64,000 nucleotides of DNA from positions 2,080,001 through 2,144,000 of the forward strand of contig OY761611.1 of the NCBI GenBank assembly GCA_963664875.1. The letters are read 5' to 3'. Positions 59,400 to 64,000 of the stretch are shown in pieces. The notes under the pieces are model-generated. The model was not told where the DNA came from. It made no database searches and was given only the letters and a program-made list of their open reading frames with translations. Numbering within the stretch: position 1 is the stretch's first letter; each line of letters opens with the position of its first letter. The DNA comes from Candidatus Kapaibacterium sp. (lineage in GTDB: Bacteria; Bacteroidota; Ignavibacteria; Kapaibacteriales; UBA2268). A program made the position numbers and the translations under genes.

Positions 59400-62090
59400 T
59401 TATTTTTTCTTTCTTCCTTTTCGTTTGGGCTTTGTCTGCTCAAATAAAGTATCTTTATATTGCTCTGCTTCAATCATCTTTTCGTATAGTTTGAAAAGAT
59501 GTTCCAAACGCTCTTCATCACTTTCGAAGGGCTTTGCTCTATAGCATCTTTCTATCACTTCGTCATTTGCAGTATGTGCGTCTCTAAGGCTTTGCGGCAT
59601 TTTGTCAGGATCGTATAACTCAGCCAAAGTTTTTTCAGAGTGTTTTTCTCTTTCTCTGATTATTGCTGAAGCGCTTCTTTTTATTTCTTTTTTCTGCTCT
59701 TCAGTTATGTTTGGAAAAGGAAAAGTGTTATATACCAATGTAGAAGAATATCTAAAATCTGTTTTTAATCTACCTGCAACTGTTTTTACCCAAGCCATAT
59801 GTATCTTAGAAGATAGCACTCCGAGGAGCCAAGGTTCTGCATCGTAAATAGAATGTGCAGAATCACTAATAACATCTTTTTCTGTGAGAAATCCCAAAGG
59901 GATATAGTCACGTGTTTCTGAGGAAACTCTGGGAACAATAATGGCGTTGTTTTTTTTGTATCTTCTTTCACCAAATGCATGTGGTTCACTTGCAAGTTTA
60001 TTTGTAGATTCCCTTTTGCTGTTTAACCTGGCCTGTTTTGTTTTGTCTATTCTTTCTTTTATTTCTTTAATTCTAATTGCATCTGATACTTCAGTGTCTT
60101 CAATCCATAAACAATACTTTTCTATTCCCCTGATAAACTCTAAGGATCCATATAATCTTTTTATATATTTTTCTGCTGAAGGGGCTGATGCAATAATACT
60201 TTTTTTCTCCTCTGCGGACAAAAGTAAATGACCTCCATCGTTTGCCATACTTCCAAAACACATTTGCGGTAAATTGGAAATAGAACTGCTCCTGCCTACA
60301 ACAAATATATCTTTAGCGTCTAATAAGTAAGCATTTATCCTTGATACCTGTTCTTCAAAATTGTTTTTGTACATTCTTTTAAATCGGATATCATTTTTAC
60401 AAACACCAATAATTGAAACTGTTACACCAGCTTTTCCTTTGGCATTATTAGTCCATTTAAAAGATTTGTGCACAAAGAAAATTGATAGTTCTTTTTTAGC
60501 TATGTATGGCCATAATATACTAACCTGATCCCCTTGGTTGATAGAGTTAGTTGTAACAAAAGCGTATTTTATACTGTACCAATCTGCATAATCAGTTGCT
60601 AATTTGAACCAGCAAGCTATGTAGTCAAGATTATTGTATTTTTTAAACCCATGAAAAACTTTTTTCATGTCATCTTTTTGAGCTTGAGATTGAAGCCTTG
60701 CACCCAAATACGGTGGATTTCCAAGAATATAAATTTCATCATCTATTTCTTTAGGGCAAACATCCTCCCAGTCAATTCGGCAAGCATTCCCTTTGACTAT
60801 TACTCCAGCATCATTCAAAGGAAGTGGAGGAGTCTTTATGCCAGATATTTTAAAATATTCGTGATCCATCTGATGTTTTGCAAGCCATAGAGACAGCTTG
60901 GCTACTTCACAAGCAGTTTCGTTTAGTTCTATACCGTAAAATTGAGATAGATTGATATTCGAAAATCCTGTAAAGTCACTCAATTTCTGCAAGATTTTCA
61001 TTTCTAATGAGCGAAGTTCTTTGTAAGCAATAATCAGAAAGTTCCCACTGCCACAGGCAGGATCAAATATTTTCAATTTATAGATTCTTATCAGAAGTTT
61101 CTTCAACTTGCTTTTGCTGTCTTCAGCTTTGTAAAACTCTTCATAAAGCTCATCAAGGAACAATGGGCTGATTACCTTCATTATATTAGGTACAGAAGTA
61201 TAATGTTTTGTATTGTCATCATCAGCCAGACCACGAACTACTGCTTGGATCATGGATCCGAAAATATCAGGATTGATGTCTTTCCAATCCAAATCACCAC
61301 TATCAAGTATCATTTTACGTGATTTCGTAGAAAACTTAGGTAATCTTATCTTTTCTCTAAATAAACCACCATTGACATAAGGAAATCTATCTAAATAATC
61401 AGGTAACTCTTTCCTGTCTTTGTTCGGTGTATCCAGAACTCTAAACAATCTGTCCAAATAGGTATTTAGATCACTTCCATCAGCCTTCGTATGATTATCT
61501 AACGCTTTTGTAAAGTAAGAATCTTCAAATATATCAGTGTCTTCAGCAAAGAAACAGAATAGTAATCGTGTAAAAAAGATATTGAGCTCGTGTAAAAATC
61601 TTTCTGCGGTATTGGGATTATCTTTCCTGATTTCATCAAAAAGCTTAGCCATTTTCTCAGCCGCCTTAACATCGGCAGGGTTTTCATTTTGGTGGTCTGC
61701 TTTTTCAATACCAGCGAAAGGGAAGAAAAAGTCATAATGCTTATATAATTCAGAAAATTCAATTTCGATTTTATCATCTACTTTCGTATCTATGGCAACA
61801 AATGTTTTGAAATTTGTCAAAATTACAAAGCGTTGTTGATGTTTAAGGTTATCAGCAATTTCTATAGCGTCTGTAAGAATTGTGTTCGAATCAGTAATCT
61901 TATAAAATAACTTCTTTTTCCAAGACACTTCACCTGGAACTTCAGACATATTATATCTACCGCCTGGTTTTAGAAACTTTACGGTACTTTTTGGAGTCTC
62001 GTATAGTTTAAGTAGCTCATAAATAAAAGTGTCTCTATCGTAGTTTTTGACAAGCTTTTTTATATCTTCTTCCAACTTTGTTATATTCAT
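59400..62090 (-). CDS. MmeI-like N6-adenine DNA methyltransferase (YeeA-like)
   Basis: FPYVNGGLF, INPDIFGSM, HYTS, DPACGSGNF, GNPPYLG and GRLKTDFRYS. Confidence 0.92.
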   Translation of the reverse strand: MNITKLEEDIKKLVKNYDRDTFIYELLKLYETPKSTVKFLKPGGRYNMSEVPGEVSWKKKLFYKITDSNTILTDAIEIADNLKHQQRFVILTNFKTFVAIDTKVDDKIEIEFSELYKHYDFFFPFAGIEKADHQNENPADVKAAEKMAKLFDEIRKDNPNTAERFLHELNIFFTRLLFCFFAEDTDIFEDSYFTKALDNHTKADGSDLNTYLDRLFRVLDTPNKDRKELPDYLDRFPYVNGGLFREKIRLPKFSTKSRKMILDSGDLDWKDINPDIFGSMIQAVVRGLADDDNTKHYTSVPNIMKVISPLFLDELYEEFYKAEDSKSKLKKLLIRIYKLKIFDPACGSGNFLIIAYKELRSLEMKILQKLSDFTGFSNINLSQFYGIELNETACEVAKLSLWLAKHQMDHEYFKISGIKTPPLPLNDAGVIVKGNACRIDWEDVCPKEIDDEIYILGNPPYLGARLQSQAQKDDMKKVFHGFKKYNNLDYIACWFKLATDYADWYSIKYAFVTTNSINQGDQVSILWPYIAKKELSIFFVHKSFKWTNNAKGKAGVTVSIIGVCKNDIRFKRMYKNNFEEQVSRINAYLLDAKDIFVVGRSSSISNLPQMCFGSMANDGGHLLLSAEEKKSIIASAPSAEKYIKRLYGSLEFIRGIEKYCLWIEDTEVSDAIRIKEIKERIDKTKQARLNSKRESTNKLASEPHAFGERRYKKNNAIIVPRVSSETRDYIPLGFLTEKDVISDSAHSIYDAEPWLLGVLSSKIHMAWVKTVAGRLKTDFRYSSTLVYNTFPFPNITEEQKKEIKRSASAIIREREKHSEKTLAELYDPDKMPQSLRDAHTANDEVIERCYRAKPFESDEERLEHLFKLYEKMIEAEQYKDTLFEQTKPKRKGRKKK

Positions 62091-62595
62091 GACTCACGCA
62101 AAAAAGATGATTGAATTGTGCCAATTTAGTTTACAGATATCCCTGAAACCAAGGAACATAGATACTTTTGCAAATGTTTACTATGCTGTCTATGTAATAT
62201 CATTAATATACCACAAGATATGAAAGAATACAAGCAAATATGCAGTCAAATACCAAAACAAGGACTAATAAAATACTATTTTTACATAATTACATAAAAA
62301 CAGTACCAACTTATTCTTTTCAATATCAATATTTTTATTAAATTAAGGTATATTCAAGTAATGACAATGATAGTTGCGTTGGAATACAGCTTTATTACGA
62401 CGCTGAGCATCCGTAGGTGTATATATGACTGGAACTACTAATAAGAAACTTCCCTTGATTACTTATAAAGCAATGCTATCTCAGCTTGATGGTCAAGAGA
62501 GTCATAGATTTAGGTGGACAGATTAATCATTATAAAACGTATTTATAGATATTGCTGTTACTTAGGAAATAGAAGTAAAATAGGAGGAAGGCGAA

Positions 62596-63672
62596 ATGAA
62601 AAAGAGTAATCTGAATAATCTTGAATTTGATAATATCCAATCCTACCAAGAAGTAATTGACAGTCTTGAGAAAAAGAAACGACAAAAACATCTCTTGATT
62701 GGTAATGGCTTTAGTATGGCATACGATCACAAAATCTTTTCATATAATGCTCTGTATGATTTTGTAAATAATCAACAAGATGAGAATCTTAAAAAGCTTT
62801 TTTCTGCTATAAGAACACAAAATTTTGAACTGATTATGCAACAACTCGATGATTTTATACGGCTTGCAGAGGCATTCGATATATCAGAAGAGTTCTTAAA
62901 TACTATTCAAGACGCAAAAGAGCAACTCCAAAATAGCTTAGTTGATGCGGTGAAAACATTACACCCTGAGCATGTATATTCTATTCCTGATGAAAAAAAC
63001 AATTCATGTGTAGCTTTTCTAAGAGGGTTTATTGATAAAAATGGATATATTTTTTCTACTAATTATGATTTGCTTCTATATTGGGTTTTGATGAGAAATG
63101 AACTTGAAAACAAATGTGATGGTTTTGGTAAAGAAGTGCTAAATCCTGAAGAAGTAAAAAAAGGACAAACTCCAATTTTATCTGATTTAGATTGGGGCAT
63201 TAATAAATCTAATCAAAGAATATTCTATGTTCATGGTGCTTTACATCTCTTTGATATTGGAGCTGAAATTACTAAAGAAACATTTAGCGGAGGCAGAAAC
63301 TATCTACTTTCTAATATAAAGAAGAGAATGGCTAACAAACAGTATCCTGTTTTTGTAACAGCAGGCGATGGGAACCAGAAATTAAACCACATTATGCATA
63401 ACAAATATTTGACCTATTGTTATGAATCTCTTGCCCAAATTCAAGGTTCAATGATAACATTTGGTTTCAACTTTGGCGATTATGACGAACATATTATCGA
63501 TGCAATAAACAAAGCTGCATTGCATGGCAGAAAAGCAAGCGATAAACTACATAGTATTTATATTGGTGTCTTTAGCAGCAGTGATTTTGAACATATAAAA
63601 GAAATAGAGCAAAAATTTCAATGTAAAGTAAATGTTTTCAGGTCTAATACTGCCAATGTATGGGGGAACTAA
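62596..63672 (+). CDS. DUF4917-family (SIR2-like) protein
   Basis: LLIGNGFS, STNYDLLLYW, DGF, YVHGALHLF and FGFNFGDYDEHI. Confidence 0.85.
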   Translation: MKKSNLNNLEFDNIQSYQEVIDSLEKKKRQKHLLIGNGFSMAYDHKIFSYNALYDFVNNQQDENLKKLFSAIRTQNFELIMQQLDDFIRLAEAFDISEEFLNTIQDAKEQLQNSLVDAVKTLHPEHVYSIPDEKNNSCVAFLRGFIDKNGYIFSTNYDLLLYWVLMRNELENKCDGFGKEVLNPEEVKKGQTPILSDLDWGINKSNQRIFYVHGALHLFDIGAEITKETFSGGRNYLLSNIKKRMANKQYPVFVTAGDGNQKLNHIMHNKYLTYCYESLAQIQGSMITFGFNFGDYDEHIIDAINKAALHGRKASDKLHSIYIGVFSSSDFEHIKEIEQKFQCKVNVFRSNTANVWGN

Positions 63673-64000
63673 TATAAATTTAAAACTCATATAACTTACA
63701 AAAGATAGCTTGAATTAACTATTTTACGAAGGTAAACCTAACATAAGGGTACTGCTAAAAGTATTCTTTATCCAATTAAACAAAATCATGGCAAATAAAG
63801 CTGTTTTTGTTTAAACATTGTTGAATAAATACTACAATAAATCATTCAAAAATTTCTTAACTTCATGATACACAGAGACATATCGTCTTGTTGTTGTTAA
63901 ACAAAATAATCTGTTTTTTGTTGATGATTTAACAGCGCAAAGGCATGTTTTAACAGCGTTTTTAACAGGATACAATTTGTAAACAGCTGATATGTCAGAT

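Larger units (their letters stand above)
53291..64000. mobile_element. Left part of a second, tandem integrative/defence island (continues beyond the window)
   Basis: Different 12-bp-spaced arm-like repeats tgttatgacac (53345-53355, 53357-53367) right after att; Rep remnant and defence genes follow. Confidence 0.6.

Overview
AT-rich bacterial DNA, most likely from the FCB group (Ignavibacteriota/Kapabacteria-like), judged from T9SS C-terminal domains, Shine-Dalgarno use and hydF. All family calls are by eye from motifs; no searches were run. The window has four blocks. (1) 1-13.6 kb: a minus-strand array of six Rhs C-terminal toxin/immunity cassettes built on eight copies of a ~200-300 bp Rhs-core repeat. 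It is truncated at its 5' end and carries REP-like micro-insertions and an ISAs1. (2) 14.6-17.1 kb: core genes ppa, hydF and tRNA-Phe. (3) 17,050-53,290: a ~36 kb tyrosine-integrase island in tRNA-Phe (15-bp att repeat). It carries an excisionase, a primase-helicase, a Type I R-M operon with nested AbiF and ImmA/DUF4411-PIN modules, a membrane-protein cluster, two T9SS cargo genes, IS1380 inside an IS21 remnant, and a wHTH-rtcB2-X-prfH operon. (4) 53.3-64 kb: the start of a second, tandem island with a Rep pseudogene, a yeeABC-like MTase-helicase-nuclease operon, a PGN_0703-like nuclease and DUF4917. The most unusual signal is two diverged, covarying copies of a SAM-I/IV-like riboswitch (30,425 + and 51,751 -). 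Each sits behind an ECF-sigma-like promoter and in front of an SD-sequestering hairpin. They precede genes unrelated to sulfur metabolism (an unknown two-gene operon and the ribosome-repair operon) in an island that encodes a SAM-dependent R-M system.
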